From the human T2T-CHM13v2.0 reference genome, Homo sapiens: 64,000 nt of DNA. Every line of letters starts with the position of its first letter. Positions within the stretch are counted from its first letter, which is position 1. Below the pieces are notes generated by a model, which did no database searches, had not been told where the DNA came from, and worked only from the letters and a program-made list of their open reading frames with translations. The translations under genes and the position numbers were made by a program. The DNA lies in assembly GCF_009914755.1 (NCBI RefSeq), contig NC_060934.1; one strand, given 5' to 3'. Below are positions 28,791-64,000 of this stretch, piece after piece.

Positions 28791-29483
28791 GCTGTCCCTC
28801 TCTCTGGATTCAAGCAGGGGTCGGGATGGGGTGCCCCTGAGGCGCAGGCTTGGCTTTCCCTCTCTGGGATAGGCTGCAGCTTTGCCATGTGAGTGAGGGG
28901 AGCACCCAGCCCTCGGCTGAACTCTCCAGAAAATGAAAGTGTGCTTCAGGGAACTCTTTCTCCTCCACTCCACTATCCCAGGTACTTCAAATCTTTATTC
29001 AGGGTTTTGGGGAGATTTCTGGGGAGCTAGGACTCCTGGGCTGGGCTCCTATCTTGGGGATCCATATCTTGGGGACTCCCTTTAGCTCAGAAAGCCCCTT
29101 GGTTTGCATAGAGATGCCCTTCTCAGTGTGCGTGTTCTGGCTCTTTCCCCAGCCCCTCACCCCTCCAGCCCCACATCAGGCCCCACCAGGAACACATCTG
29201 GGCAGGAAGCGACAGATGGATCCCTGCCATGGCCCTGAGCCCCCTCCCCTCTTAACCTACTCCAATTCCTGTTGGAATTTATGGAACTCCTGTCCATTTC
29301 CTTAGCTGTGGGCCCCCATTTTCAGCTCCAAGCTCAGACCCTCCCTGGAATAGGAGTTCTCTTGGTATCACAAGTTCCTTATGTGACCCATCCTGGGCCT
29401 CAACTTACTCATCCTGGGAACGGGAGACGATTCACAGAAGAAAGCATGCAAGAGCAGCGTCCAGGCTGAAAGAACTTTGGCCA

Positions 29484-29556
29484 CCTGGCACTGAGAACTG
29501 AATTCCATAGGCTGTGAGCTCTAGCAATGCCCTGTGGACTCAGTTCTGGTGCCCGG
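29484..29556 (+). ncRNA. MIR146B: pre-miR-146b hairpin; miR-146b-5p 29492-29514 (UGAGAACUGAAUUCCAUAGGCUG), 3p about 29529-29550
   Basis: Mature sequence recognised; arms pair (gagaactgaattccataggc with gccctgtggactcagttct). Confidence 0.98.
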
Positions 29557-29806
29557 CAGTGCTACAACATCAATGCCAAGGCCGTGGGGCAGCTGATGGT
29601 TTGGGCTCCCAACTTCCCAGCCAGGTGCTTCTGCAGGCCCACATCTTGCCCACTGGCCAAACCTTTAAATAACTTTGACCCGGGCTACTCTTATGCTCAA
29701 AGACGTCAGGGGCTCTCCCAAATCTCTTTACCCTGCCAGAAAGTCTTCTATAGTACGGCCTCCACTTAGCTTTCACGCCTGATCTTCCATCGCATCCTGC
29801 TCATAA

Positions 29807-30840
<1,034 letters not shown>

Positions 30841-31746
30841 AGAAAATTACAATCAAATTTCCCAGGGACATTCTTGGGGTATAGCCTTGGGTAAGTTGTT
30901 AACATCAATGGCCCTCAGTTTTCTCATCTGCAAATGGGAATGATAATTGCATCCATGGGATGTAATTATATCCACATCAAGGTTTTGTGAAGATTAAATT
31001 AAATGTGTTGATAGTTTCTGTTCAGGGTTTTAACGTGGTGCCTGGCATAGAGCAAGTTCTCATAAGTATGTAATGTTATGATTCCTATTTTATTCCCTTG
31101 AGTAGAATGTGAGCCAGACAAAGGTAAGGTCATTGCGGGGTGGAGGAGGGCTTGAAATTGGTCAGTCAGGGCTTGTTGACTGAGGGGGTCCTGACAAAAT
31201 GGATTGGGCGACAGGTAAGGCTGGGGCAGGGCCAGGAGGAGGAGGCCATCAGGTCAGGGCTTGGAGGCCCAGGCCCCGCTGGGAGCTAAGAGTCCTGGAT
31301 TCCTGCCTACAGTTTGAGCTCCGGTGAAGCACTCCTTCTTGATGGCTCTGGTTTCCCAGCATAATGTAAATTGAAGAGATCGAACCAGATGAATGGCAAG
31401 GTCCCTGGCAGCCCAGATGTTTTGTGAGTTCTGAGCTTCTAAGTTAATTTAAAAAAAAAAAAGATCAAACAAGGAAGCATCTGTGCTTCCTCTAGGGCTC
31501 ACATCAACAGGGCCTGGAGTGAAATGGGATGCTGGACTCAGTGAGTGGTAGCACCTCCTTCAAAATGCCTGCAGTCAGGGGCCCTCCTCCCTCACTGGGG
31601 CTGGGGCTAGGGGTAAACTGTGTGCAGTCCAGGGCCACTTCCAGAGAATGCCCCAGGGAGGAATGGCTAAGAGAATGCAGATCCTCAGAGGTGGGGGACA
31701 TTGAGAGACTTCAAGACCCAAGAGACTTTAAGACCCAAGACTTCTA

Positions 31747-34450
<2,704 letters not shown>

Positions 34451-34479
34451 AAGAAAAGAAAGGGCTGGGCATGATCTTA

Positions 34480-37860
<3,381 letters not shown>

Positions 37861-37990
37861 CAAAGACTTTACATTCGACAATTTAATACTTGTATATGTG
37901 AACAAAGATGCATATTCAAGGACATTTATTTTCTCATCACCCTTACTACTTCCAAATAAAACGAAGTCATGTCTTCTATTTCCTGTATTA

Positions 37991-38325
37991 CAGTCATGTA
38001 TTGCTTAATGATGGGGATACATTCTGAGAAGTGCATCATTAGGCCATTTTGTCATTGTCTGAACATTCTAGAGTGTACTTACACAAATCTAGATGGTAAA
38101 GCCTACTACACACCTAGGCCATATGGTAGAGCCTATTGCTCCTAGGCTACAAACCTGTACAGTTTGAGGCTGTACTGAATACTGAAGACAATTGAACACA
38201 ATGGTAAGTGTTTGTGTATCTAAACAGAAAAGTTACAGTAAGAATATAGCATTATAATCTTAAGGGACCACCATCATATATGCGCTCCGTCGTCAACTGA
38301 ACCGTCATTATGGGGTGCATGACTG
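37991..38325. mobile_element. Tigger3a/MER7A non-autonomous DNA transposon
   Basis: TA|CAGTCATG...CATGACTG|TA terminal inverted repeats with TA target duplication; 335 bp. Confidence 0.85.
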
Positions 38326-38470
38326 TACTTCAAAGCCTAACTGCCCCCCATTTCCATGATGACCCCTCTATAGTCTCTTTTCCACATAGCAGCCAGAATA
38401 ATAATAATTTTTAAATCTGATAACATTACTCCTATGCTCATAACCCTCCACCCACTAATAATAAAATCCA

Positions 38471-42948
<4,478 letters not shown>

Positions 42949-43438
42949 TATTTACTTTTCTTACTAAGCTGGGGATCACCGTCGCCCTCGGCTTGGCAGG
43001 AAGGCGGGGGTAGGGGAGCGGTGGGAAAGGGGGGTGGGCGACGACTCTGATAGAGGGAAAAGAGGAAGGGAAAGTTGGGGCTTACTGCAGGGCAAGCTCC
43101 TTAGGAGAAGGTGGGGAGGAGGAAGGAGGGAGGTCCAGGCCCTTCTTCCATCCCACGTCCTCCACTTCCCAAGGTGCAAGAAGAAAAGAGGTACAGAACA
43201 CCCAGAGGTGCCCTCGATTCCGTCTTGCACTTGCCCTTCTCCCACCGTCCAGCAATAAAGCGAGAGAAACAAGTGCAGGAAACTGGCCGGCAGTCATGGG
43301 AGAAGCCAAAAAGACAGGTGAGCAGCGCGTCCGCCTCCCGCGCACAGGTGAGGGCTCACTTCTGCCTGTCGGCGGCGGCACACACAGGAAAGAGCCAAGC
43401 GCGTGCACGCGGGCCCGCCCCTAGGCCTTGCGGCGGCT

Positions 43439-44518
<1,080 letters not shown>

Positions 44519-44624
44519 CTACCAGCGTCTGTCTACACCTGGGTGAGCCGTACTGGTCGTAGTGGCCCCACCCTACAAGGATGCCCTTCCTACAGTATTA
44601 CTGATGGCTGTCTAATCCGGTTAG

Positions 44625-45652
<1,028 letters not shown>

Positions 45653-46270
45653 TACTTTAAATTCTTAATAGCTATGTGAAGTGCATAGTGATGTCATGCT
45701 CTTTTAGTAGATAAGGAACCAGAGGCTCAGAGAAGTTAGGCCACTGTCCCAGGTTCACACAGCCTGTAAGTACCACAGTGGAATTTGAACCCAGTCCAAC
45801 TGATGTCAAAGGCCAGAAGCCATTTGAGTGAAGGCAGGAAGATTGCTTCATCCAGATGGGGTGAGCCCTGTCTGAGTTCCAGTCCCTTCTGGTGTGGGTC
45901 ACAACCCCTGCACCTCTTCCTTCTCCAGTGGGGAGAGTGGTAGTTATGGATGATTAAAACTGAAACCGTCTCCCAGCTGCAGGGCTGCCATGTTGCCACA
46001 CTTTCCTTCCCCATCTCCTGTTGACTGAAGCAGTATCACCAGCAGCCCTGACAGAAAGGTTCTTCTGGGTTCTCAGTATCCCTCAAAACTCAGCTACCCT
46101 CTGGTGGTGGCCACCATTTGGTGACTCACCCTGGTGATGTCATGCTATTCGTGACTGAGCCACTGCTCCAAGTCTTAATTCGGGCCAGTCCTTTTGAAGG
46201 CAGGTGCTGGGGCTGGGCTGTGGATGGAAAAAAGGGGCCTGGTTAGGGTTTCATTTGGACTCTAACACTG

Positions 46271-47300
46271 TCATAGAAACCCAGATTCAGGCTGGTGAAC
46301 CTGATGCACAGCTAAGGCCAAACAGTGGGAGATAGAGAAAGGTTTATTTGATTTGGCCAAAGTGAGAAGGCGGGAGAGCAAATCTCTCAAATCCCTATTA
46401 ACAGAAAAAAAGCAGCAGGGTGGCTTACACCTGTAATCCTAGCACTTTTGGAGGCTGAGGCAGGTGGACTGCTTGAGCTCAGGAGTTCGAGATCAGCCTG
46501 GGCAACATGGTGAAACACCGGCTCTACAAAAAAAAAAAAAAAAAAACCAGGCATGGTGGCATGTGCCTGTAGTTCCAGTTACTTGGGGCGCTGAGGCAGA
46601 ATGATCACTTGAGCCCAGGAGGTCAAGCCTGCAGTGAGCTGTGTTCATACCACTGCACTACAGCCTGGGTGGCAGACTGAGAGCCTGTCTCAAAAAGCAG
46701 CAGGGAGTTTTTAATGTGACTAAGGAGTGATGGAGGGGGCATTTCAGGGAACCCAGGGTAAAAGTCTGTGTTTCTTCAGTCTCAGATAACCCCTTGAGCC
46801 ACCAGACTTCTGGGCATCAGCAGCTGGTCACAACGTCCTTCAAGGCATTCATTCCTGCAATTTTTTTTTTTTGAGACGGAGTTTTGCTCTTTTTGTCCAG
46901 GCTGGAGTGCAATGGCGGGGATCTTGGCTCACTGCAACCTCCGCCTCCCGGGTTCAAGCCATTCTCCTATCTCAGCCTCCCAAGTAGCTGGGATTACAGG
47001 CATGCGCCACCATGGCCAGCTAATTTTTTGTATTTTTAGTAGAGACGGAGTTTCACCATATTGGTCAGCTGGTCTTGAACTCCAGACCTCGGGTGATTCA
47101 CCCACCTCGGCCTCCCAAAGTGCTGGGATTACAGGCATGAGCCACTGTGCCTGGCCTGCAATTTTTTTTCATGACCACAAAGTTACCTCTTCCTGCTTGA
47201 CCAAGAAACAGCACATCAGCAGTTTATATTGTGGGAACAAGGAATATTGGGCAAAAAGTGAGTGGTTAGCACGTGCAAGCAAGCATCGGCCTGATCAGAA
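46271..47300. mobile_element. Probable old ERV LTR interrupted by two Alus (about 46418-46695, 46861-47156)
   Basis: TG start and LTR-like composition; family not identified. Confidence 0.4.
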
Positions 47301-47359
47301 TTTTTTTTCTTTTTTTTTTCTTTTTGACAAGGTCTCATTCTGTCACCCAGGCTGGAGTG

Positions 47360-48321
47360 TGAAGGGGTGGGTTGCCCCTCCACACCTGTGGGTTTTTCTC
47401 GTTAGGTGGAACGAGAGACTTGGAAAAGAAAGAGACACAGAGACAAAGTATAGAGAAAGAAAAAAGGGGGCCCATGGGACCGGCGTTCAGCACACGGAGG
47501 ATCCCCCCAGCCTCTGAGTTCCCTTAGTATTTATTGATCATTATTGGGTGTTTCTCGGAGAGGGGGATGTGGCAGGGTCATAGGATAATAGTGGAGAGAA
47601 GGTCAGCAGGTAAACACGTGAACAAAGGTCTCTGCATCATAAGGTAAAGAATTAAGTGCTGTGCTTTAGATATGTATACACATAAACATCCCAATGCCTT
47701 GAAGAGCAGTATTGCTGCCCGCATGTCCCACCTCCAGCCCTAAGGCGGTTTTCCCCTATCTCAGCAGATGGAATATACAATCGGGTTTTACACCGAGACG
47801 TTCCATTGCCCAGGGATGAGCAGGAGACAGATGCCTTCCTCTTGTCTGAACTGCAACGAGGCATTCCTTCCTCTTTTACTAATCCTCCTCAGCACAGACC
47901 CTTTACGGGTGTCGGGCTGGGGGACGGTCAGGTCTTTCCCTTCCCACGAGGCCAAATCTCAGGCTATCACATAGGGAGAAACCTTGGACAATACCTGGCT
48001 TTCCTAGGCAGAGGTCCCTGCGGCCTTCCGCAGTGTTTTTTGTCCCTGGGTACTTGAGATTAGGGAGTGGTGATGACTCTTAACAAGCATGCTGCCTTCA
48101 AGCATTTGTTTAACAAAGCACACCTTGCACAGCCCTTAAGCCATTTAACCCTGAGTTGACACAGCACATGTCTCAGGGAGCACAGGGTTGGGGGTAGGGT
48201 TACAGATTAACAGCATCTTAAGGCAGAAGAATTTTTCTTACAGAACAAAATGGAGTCTCCTATGTCTACTTTTTTCTACACAGACACAGTAACAATCTGA
48301 TCTCTCTTTCTTTTCCCCACA
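47360..48321 (-). mobile_element. Solo HERV-K(HML-2) LTR5 (LTR5B-like, 962 bp) inserted inside an AluJ-like element (about 47300-48562)
   Basis: Reverse strand starts TGTGGGGAAAAGAAAGAGAGATCAG and ends CCACCCCTTCA; 6-bp TSD GGAGTG/GGAGTT. Confidence 0.93.
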
Positions 48322-48401
48322 GGAGTTCAGTGGCATGACCAGGGCTCACTGCAACCTTGATCTGGGCTCAAGTGATCCTCCTACCTCAGCTTCCTGAGTA
48401 G

Positions 48402-48632
<231 letters not shown>

Positions 48633-48829
48633 TAGTTCACATTGCATGCTTGTATCAAAACATCATATATACCCCACAAATATATACAAAAAACTTTAAA
48701 ATTTTAAGTATTAATTGCTCAGGAAAAAATTAAAATGCTGGGGTGCTGAAATCTCAAGGGCCCCATTACAAAACTCCTTAGGAACCTCGCCCTCTCTCTG
48801 CTGTAAGGACTGGTTCCAGAATGAGAGAA

Positions 48830-49324
48830 TTTAAAAGACATTCCCCGCCCAAAATGTTCATAATGTCACCCCGGAAACCTGCGAATATGTTATATTACAT
48901 GACCAGGGAGAAGTAAGGTTGCAGATGGCAGTAAGGTTGCTAATGGGCTGACCTTAAGATAAGGAGATGATCCTGGATTATCTGGGTGGACCCAATGTAA
49001 TCACAAGGGTCCTTAACTGTGGAATAGTGAGGTGGCTGAGTCAGAGGCAGAGTGATGCAATGACTGAAAGACTTAACCAGCCATCACCGGCTTTGAATAC
49101 GGAAGACGGTCATGAGCCAGGGAATGCAGGCAGGCTCTGGGAGCTGAAAAAAGCAAGAAAATGGATTCTCCCCTGGAGCCTCCAGAAGGGATGCGGTCCT
49201 GCCAACCCCTTGTCAGTGAGCCATTTCAGATTTCTGACTTCCAGGACTGTAAGAAAATAAACTTGTCTTGTTTTCAGCCACCAAGTTTGTGGTGATTTGT
49301 TACAACATCAGTAGGAAACTAATA
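48830..49324 (+). mobile_element. MaLR LTR, MLT1D-like
   Basis: atcctggattatctgggtggacccaatgtaatcacaagggtcctt core; ends aggaaactaataca. Confidence 0.8.
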
Positions 49325-50001
49325 CACCTCCCTGCTCCTGTTTATAACTTCGTCCCTGTCCTAAAATCCCAGCACCTGGGAGTATTCACGGCTATCCATG
49401 GACTGACCACACCCCAGCCTGGAGTTCAGTAGTGGACCCATGGCACTGGCCAGGTTTTCCATCTCTTCTGGGTGGAGAGTGGGGAGCAAGCAAGACGAAG
49501 CTCAAGTGGAGCCTGGGAAGGAAATTTTCAGGCAAAATGAGAAAAATAATGGCCAAGCTGTGAGTTTCTCAGTATTTGTTCACCCTGATTCCAGTGCCAG
49601 TCCCCAGTATTTTGAAGTCCCACACCTTATCTATTCTCAGGAAAGTAGTTCTGGTGGAGTTGAATCTACTGTATCCTTAGGTTTGGGTGATTTAGGGCTA
49701 AGCCTTTCAGCACAGCCATCCCTCTGGCCATAGTGATTGACTTGGGCTAGCCCTTGACATGATATGGGCCAATGCAAGTCAAGCCTAGGACTTTATTTTC
49801 TTGTTGGGTGGAGGGGATTTTTTGCTTTTCCCAGTACAGAAATCAGAAAGGGTCCTGGACTTAACTTACACAGGCCAGTAAATTCCTTCTTTATTTAAGC
49901 TAGTTTAAATGGTCTATTGCTTCCACCAATGATACACCCCAGGATATTTCCTAACCGCCCCCCCCCCCCGCCAGCACTTTGTTATGAATTATGAAAAAAA
50001 A

Positions 50002-53352
<3,351 letters not shown>

Positions 53353-54239
53353 CTAGGGGTTGAGTTCCAAGTCCCCCATAAGGCAAAGGCCACAGGCTTT
53401 TTGCCCTGTGTCCCAAGGTAGGGGAACCAGGCAGAGCTGGAATGTGTGCTGTTTGCTTGCCCAAAAACCTATCCAGGCTTACAGGCCAATTGGGAGAAAA
53501 CATAAAACATCCTCCACAGCCTACATTGAGCCAAACAAAACTTGATTTTGAGGGATTGTGCAGGTGTGGGAAGAGGAAAGACTCTTGTTATGGGAGTCAG
53601 GATAGCGGGTTCCACCTCGACTGGGCCCTTGCTGTTTGCGTGTCATTGAATCTCTCTGAAATGCAGTTTCTTCACATATAAAATGTGGATAAAAGCGCCT
53701 ACCTCCTAGGAATGATGTGAGGACTCAACAAGAGAATGCACGTGTTGTTCTGAATGTAGTACGGTGCACATAGCAAGCACTCAGTACTCCTTAGGTTTTA
53801 TTATTGCCGTTATTAATACAAAGAGGTTGTGCTGCATGGTTGCTCATTCAGGCCCTGGTGGCTGTTTCCCACCTTCAGCCCTGGCTCCTGTGGCTAGAGC
53901 CCTGGTGCCCACAGCTCAACCTGGACCTGTCCACCCTTGAAGGGCTCATGATGCAGCATCAGGGAGTCCCAGATCGAGCCGCTGACACCTCCAAGTCGGC
54001 TGCAGCTGTGCATCCGCTCAGACCACAAGACTCAATGGAGGATGCTGACCTCTCTTTGTTCTCCCAACGAGTACTAGGCAAGGAGGGAAGGAAGGTGAGC
54101 GCTTAGAAAAAACGTGTTGGTTTCAACTGAAATGACATTAAGCTATCGTGGAGGTAAAGGAGAGGGGTTGAGCCGGTCAGGAATCCAGGCAACCTGACCC
54201 TATTTGCCAGTGTCCGCTTTTAATTTTGGTCGCTAAGGG

Positions 54240-54520
54240 CAAGCGCCCGTGACAAACATGGCGGCGGCAGCCTCAGGCGCAGTCACCTGCCGGAGCTGCG
54301 CCCGGGGGCCGCGCGGAGCCAATCGCTGGGCGGGGGCGGAGGGAGAGGCTGGGGAAGCCCTAGAAGTGCGCGCAGGCGCATTGGCTCGCACCTGGCTCCC
54401 GCCAGCCGTGGGATTAGGCTTCGCCGGCTACGATTGCGGTGAGACGCTGGCCAGCGGCCGGGGCTCGCGGGCAGGAGCGGGCTGGGCTGGGGCCGATCTG
54501 GCACAAACGACAGACCCGAG
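54240..54520 (+). promoter_or_regulatory. MFSD13A: MFSD13A CpG-island promoter and non-coding exon 1 (ends 54438)
   Basis: YY1-type AAACATGGCGG 54254-54264, CCAAT boxes, GC boxes, NRF1-type GCGCAGGCGCA; GCG|gtgaga donor. Confidence 0.75.
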
Positions 54521-54779
54521 GGGGAGGGGAATGCTTTGCGCTCTGGGAGTCATGGGGGCTATCTGCGGGGGTCTTTGGGGTGATCATATTGTGGATTGGG
54601 AGAGTTGTGTGGTCCGGGCGGAAGAAGCGGGGTTCAAGGGGGCAAGGGTGGAATCCTCGCAGAAAGGCTCTCCGGGGGTCTGGAGGAAAGGGATGCAGTG
54701 GGTCAAATAGCTCCCTGGTGGTCTGGGATCGAGGGATGCACTGGTCAGGTCGGGATCCGTGCCATTAGCGTAAAGGCAT

Positions 54780-54917
54780 TTAACCCTGGTGGCACTTGGG
54801 GAGCTTTGAAAAACACCGATGCTGGGCCCGCCCGAAGAGATTCCGATTTAACTGTTCTGGGTGAGGCCTGGGCCTCGGTATTATTGCACAGCTCCTCAGG
54901 TGATTTTAACGTGCAGG
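54780..54917. mobile_element. MER5A-like hAT-Charlie fragment
   Basis: gatttaactgttctgggtgaggcctggg...ctcctcaggtgattttaac pattern. Confidence 0.6.
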
Positions 54918-56157
54918 CGGTGGGGAGCAGCCCTACACGTGTTTCAGCACCAGCTATTGAGTGAAGAGCTCCTGGGCTGATCCCAAACTCCTCAGTGGCT
55001 TGGGAGGGGTGGGTGGTCCTGAGGTGAAGCTGTCGCCTCTTCTGGGACCTGTGGGGGAGGGAGAGGGAGAAGGTCCCCATCTCACCAAGTTGAAAGCTCA
55101 TTTCCAGCCGGAGGAGGAGGATGGGCCCCCACCCCCCAACCCTGGTGCTAGACCCTGCTGTGGGGAGACTGGGCAGGAAGACAAGACCCCGAGAGTGAAA
55201 CAGGAAACACAGCAGACAATTCAGGGGTCAGCTGCCTGTTGAGAAAAGGGCACATATTATACCTTTCATGTTCATTTGTTCATTTGGTATTCCTGAGGAT
55301 AGGCAGAGAATGGAATTGTTTTCTCTGCTTCACAGATGTAGGAATAGACTCAGATAGTAAGTTAAAGATAATGTTCACACCTGACCCAGGGCTCCTGACT
55401 CCAAATTATGCCTCTTCTTAGCTTTTACCTCTGCACTAATGTCTCTTGTACAGTCTGATACCTCTCACTCCAGGGGCCCAGTTCGGCATTCTTGGTTTCC
55501 GCCACTAAATTCATCAACCTCCCCCACCCACCATAGGTTGGTTCAGAAATCAGGGAGATGTTGCTGCTTCCATCCCTTTCTAGTCTTTACCTACCAGGGG
55601 CCTGGTAGGGTGAAGGGGAAGAGTTTTGACACCTGCTAGAGGGCTTCTTCCAAACAGATCTGTCACTTCCCCACCCCCAGCGCCCCACCTGTTGTCCTCA
55701 GCATAGAATCTTGCACAAGGTTTACAAAACCCTTCCTGATGTGGCCCCTTTCTCCCGCGCTGCTCTGAGCTCTCTTCCCAGATTGTTTCTGTGTCTCTTA
55801 GCACAGTGCTGTGCACCCGGCGAAAGCTTAATAAATGTTCCTCTGTTATGATCACTATTCTTCTTTGTACCTGCTGCCTTGCTTTAGTGTCTTACTCAGA
55901 GAGGCACATCAAGCCTCCCAGGCTGCCCCTTCTCTCTGACTCCCACAGTTAAGCAGAACACAGAGCTAGGAGGGGCACAGTGGGGTCTGAAGATGACAGT
56001 TTTCCTATGACTGCTGCTGCTGTTCCCTAGGGCTGAGGATGTTGTTGATATTGACCTTTTAGGGGCCAATCGACCCAGCAGGGATTGACTGAGCAAGCTG
56101 AGGGAGCCTGGTGGAGGCAAAGGGCAGGGATCAAGGGCGGGACTAACCCAGCCCTGC

Positions 56158-61700
<5,543 letters not shown>

Positions 61701-61737
61701 TCAGCACTTGCTGGGTGTCTGCCGTCTCTTCCCACAG

Positions 61738-61827
61738 GCTCTCTGTTTCCTCGAGTCACTCCCAGATTAGTGGTGTCTAGCTCAGCACTGTTTCTGTTAT
61801 ACTTCATTCATAATTCCCAGCGCTGTT
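61738..61827 (+). other. MFSD13A: Candidate MFSD13A 5' UTR exon (90 nt)
   Basis: ctcttcccacag acceptor, GTT|gtaagt donor. Confidence 0.5.
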
Positions 61828-62014
61828 GTAAGTACAAACTCTCTCCTGTTGGAAATGAGTTTTTAAATGATTCAGAGGTCTGGGGTTAAGAACAGAGCTG
61901 GCTCTGATCCCTGTTGCTCACTGGTTCCTTCTTCCCCAGGGACGAGGATGGGAAGACCGCCTGTGGCCATGAGCCCTCCCCGGTGCTCCTGGGGCTAAGG
62001 CTGGGGCTGCAGCC

Positions 62015-62182
62015 ATGGGGCTGGGTCAGCCCCAGGCCTGGTTGCTGGGTCTGCCCACAGCTGTGGTCTATGGCTCCCTGGCTCTCTTCACCACCATCCT
62101 GCACAATGTCTTCCTGCTCTACTATGTGGACACCTTTGTCTCAGTGTACAAGATCAACAAAATGGCCTTCTGGGTCGGAGAG
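62015..62182 (+). CDS. MFSD13A: MFSD13A/TMEM180 first coding exon (MGLGQPQAW...FWVGE); exon starts 61940
   Basis: gccATGG; hydrophobic TM segment; GAG|gtaggg donor. Confidence 0.93.
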
Positions 62183-62530
62183 GTAGGGCCAGTGCTGGGT
62201 GGCTAACATGGAGGAGGGGGTGGGGTGGAGACTAGAGGCTGCCCAGGCTGCTGGGCAGATTGCAGGTGCCTGGTCCCACCCAGTCAAGAGGCCTGGGCAG
62301 TCCAGGTTGTTCACCAAGACTCATCAAGAAAAGCTGTGGAGGCCTTGATGACTCCTCCTCGATGGGGACTAGACTAGCTTTCCTGGCCACTGTCTTACAT
62401 AGTTGCTGTTCTGTGTACTCATATATATAATATGTTCACGTATATGAATTTATCAGCTGCATACATTTACCAGCTGGGCCCTGGATGGGTGGGAGTTTGA
62501 AGGGGGCAGTGGTTTGACTGGCAGAGTAGG

Positions 62531-62826
<296 letters not shown>

Positions 62827-62980
62827 AGAGTGGGTTTTAGCAGAGGAACTGACACCAGCAAAGGTTTGCAGGTAGGAAAGCTGGGGCCATCTTTCAGGGG
62901 TGGTGAGCAGGCTGAGGGGGGAGGAGCCCTGGAGAGGATGCTGTCTAGAGCCCACCTTCCTGTCTCCCCTCTGCCTGCAG

Positions 62981-63063
62981 ACAGTGTTTCTCCTCTGGAA
63001 CAGCCTCAATGACCCTCTCTTCGGTTGGCTCAGTGACCGGCAGTTCCTCAGCTCCCAGCCCCG
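62981..63063 (+). CDS. MFSD13A: MFSD13A coding exon ([27 protein letters not shown])
   Basis: MFS/GPH motif NDPxxGxxSDR; cctgcag acceptor, CCG|gttggt donor; 83 nt. Confidence 0.94.
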
Positions 63064-63652
63064 GTTGGTGTATTGGGAACAGCTCGTAATTGGTTCAGTC
63101 CCACCCTACTGCTACCCAGGAGGGAGGACCCCTGCCTGTGTTTGGGGTGGGGAAGGAAGGGGAGACTATTTCAGTGTTGCCCATGGCTCTTCCCTTACTG
63201 GGGTCCAGGGTGCTCTGTTTGGGTTGGAGAGGTGGCCTTGGACGTACACTTGCCTGGCTCGGCAGGGGAAGAGATCTACCCTGGCTTGGCTTGGCTGGCC
63301 CCTCTGGACTGTGGACTGCAAACACCCTCTGCTGCTTCTGGAAGATTCCTTTGCCCCATCCCTGCTTGAGCCCGTCATCACCCCCAGCCTTGAGAAGTGG
63401 GCATCCCATACCCTTTGGCCATCAGCCCAACAGGCTAATAAGGGGGTGGAAATTGGGGCAGAGGAGGAGAGTGTACCCACTGGTGAGTTGTGCTTCCTAA
63501 GTTGCAGACTGGGGACTTAGGGGACAGTGGCACCACCCTGTTGTGAGTCCCACACCCTGGGCCTCCATCCCTCCCCTGGGGCCTGGGCAAGGGGAACTTC
63601 AGCCTGCCAAGTCTGACACGGCATCTCCCAACAACTCTCCTTTCCCCGGCAG

Positions 63653-64000
63653 GTCAGGCGCCGGGCTCTCCTCAAGGGCTGTGGTGCTGGCCCGGGTGCA
63701 GGCCCTGGGCTGGCATGGGCCGCTGCTGGCGCTGTCGTTCCTGGCGTTCTGGGTGCCCTGGGCCCCAGCTGGCCTGCAGTTCTTGCTGTGCCTGTGCCTC
63801 TATGATGGCTTCCTGACGCTCGTGGACCTGCACCACCATGCCTTGCTGGCCGACCTGGCCCTCTCAGCCCACGACCGCACCCACCTCAACTTCTACTGCT
63901 CCCTCTTCAGCGCGGCCGGCTCCCTCTCTGTCTTTGCATCCTATGCCTTTTGGAACAAGGAGGATTTCTCCTCCTTCCGCGCTTTCTGCGTGACACTGGC
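63653..64000 (+). CDS. MFSD13A: MFSD13A coding exon ([11 protein letters not shown]...FRAFCVTL), truncated by window end
   Basis: ccggcag acceptor; open hydrophobic frame in phase with the previous exon. Confidence 0.93.

Noticed and set aside
54249-54710. 153-aa ORF starting at the MFSD13A promoter (AACATGGCGGCG)
   Set aside because: ATG is the core of a YY1-type motif, probably upstream of the main TSS; the frame runs through the exon 1 donor into intron.
62900-63520. 206-aa ORF
   Set aside because: Only 62981-63063 is exon; the remainder is intron read-through.

Overview
Primate (human-like) genomic DNA, GC- and Alu-rich. I recognise the gene order from the translated exons as the 10q24.32 cluster. 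On the - strand: PSD/EFA6A (5' two-thirds, plus an internal first exon for the short isoform), CUEDC2 (complete, 287 aa) and C10orf95 (two overlapping long frames). On the + strand: FBXL15 (complete, 300 aa), MIR146B, a probable antisense lncRNA (RPARP-AS1-like) and the 5' part of MFSD13A/TMEM180. Exon boundaries were derived by hand from GT-AG sites and frame continuity. Repeats include dense Alu clusters, L2/MIR/L1M remnants, a solo HERV-K LTR5 inside an Alu, MLT1D, Tigger3a, MER5A and a MER50-like fragment. The most striking unexplained structure is a 123-bp, 93.5%-identical, non-Alu inverted repeat. It brackets the frame-symmetric PSD exons 6-7, covers the exon 8 branch-point region and carries an RFX X-box in each arm. 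A second local inverted duplication (about 187 bp, about 94% identical) lies in CUEDC2 intron 1. Repeat family names and repeat boundaries are from recognition and are approximate.
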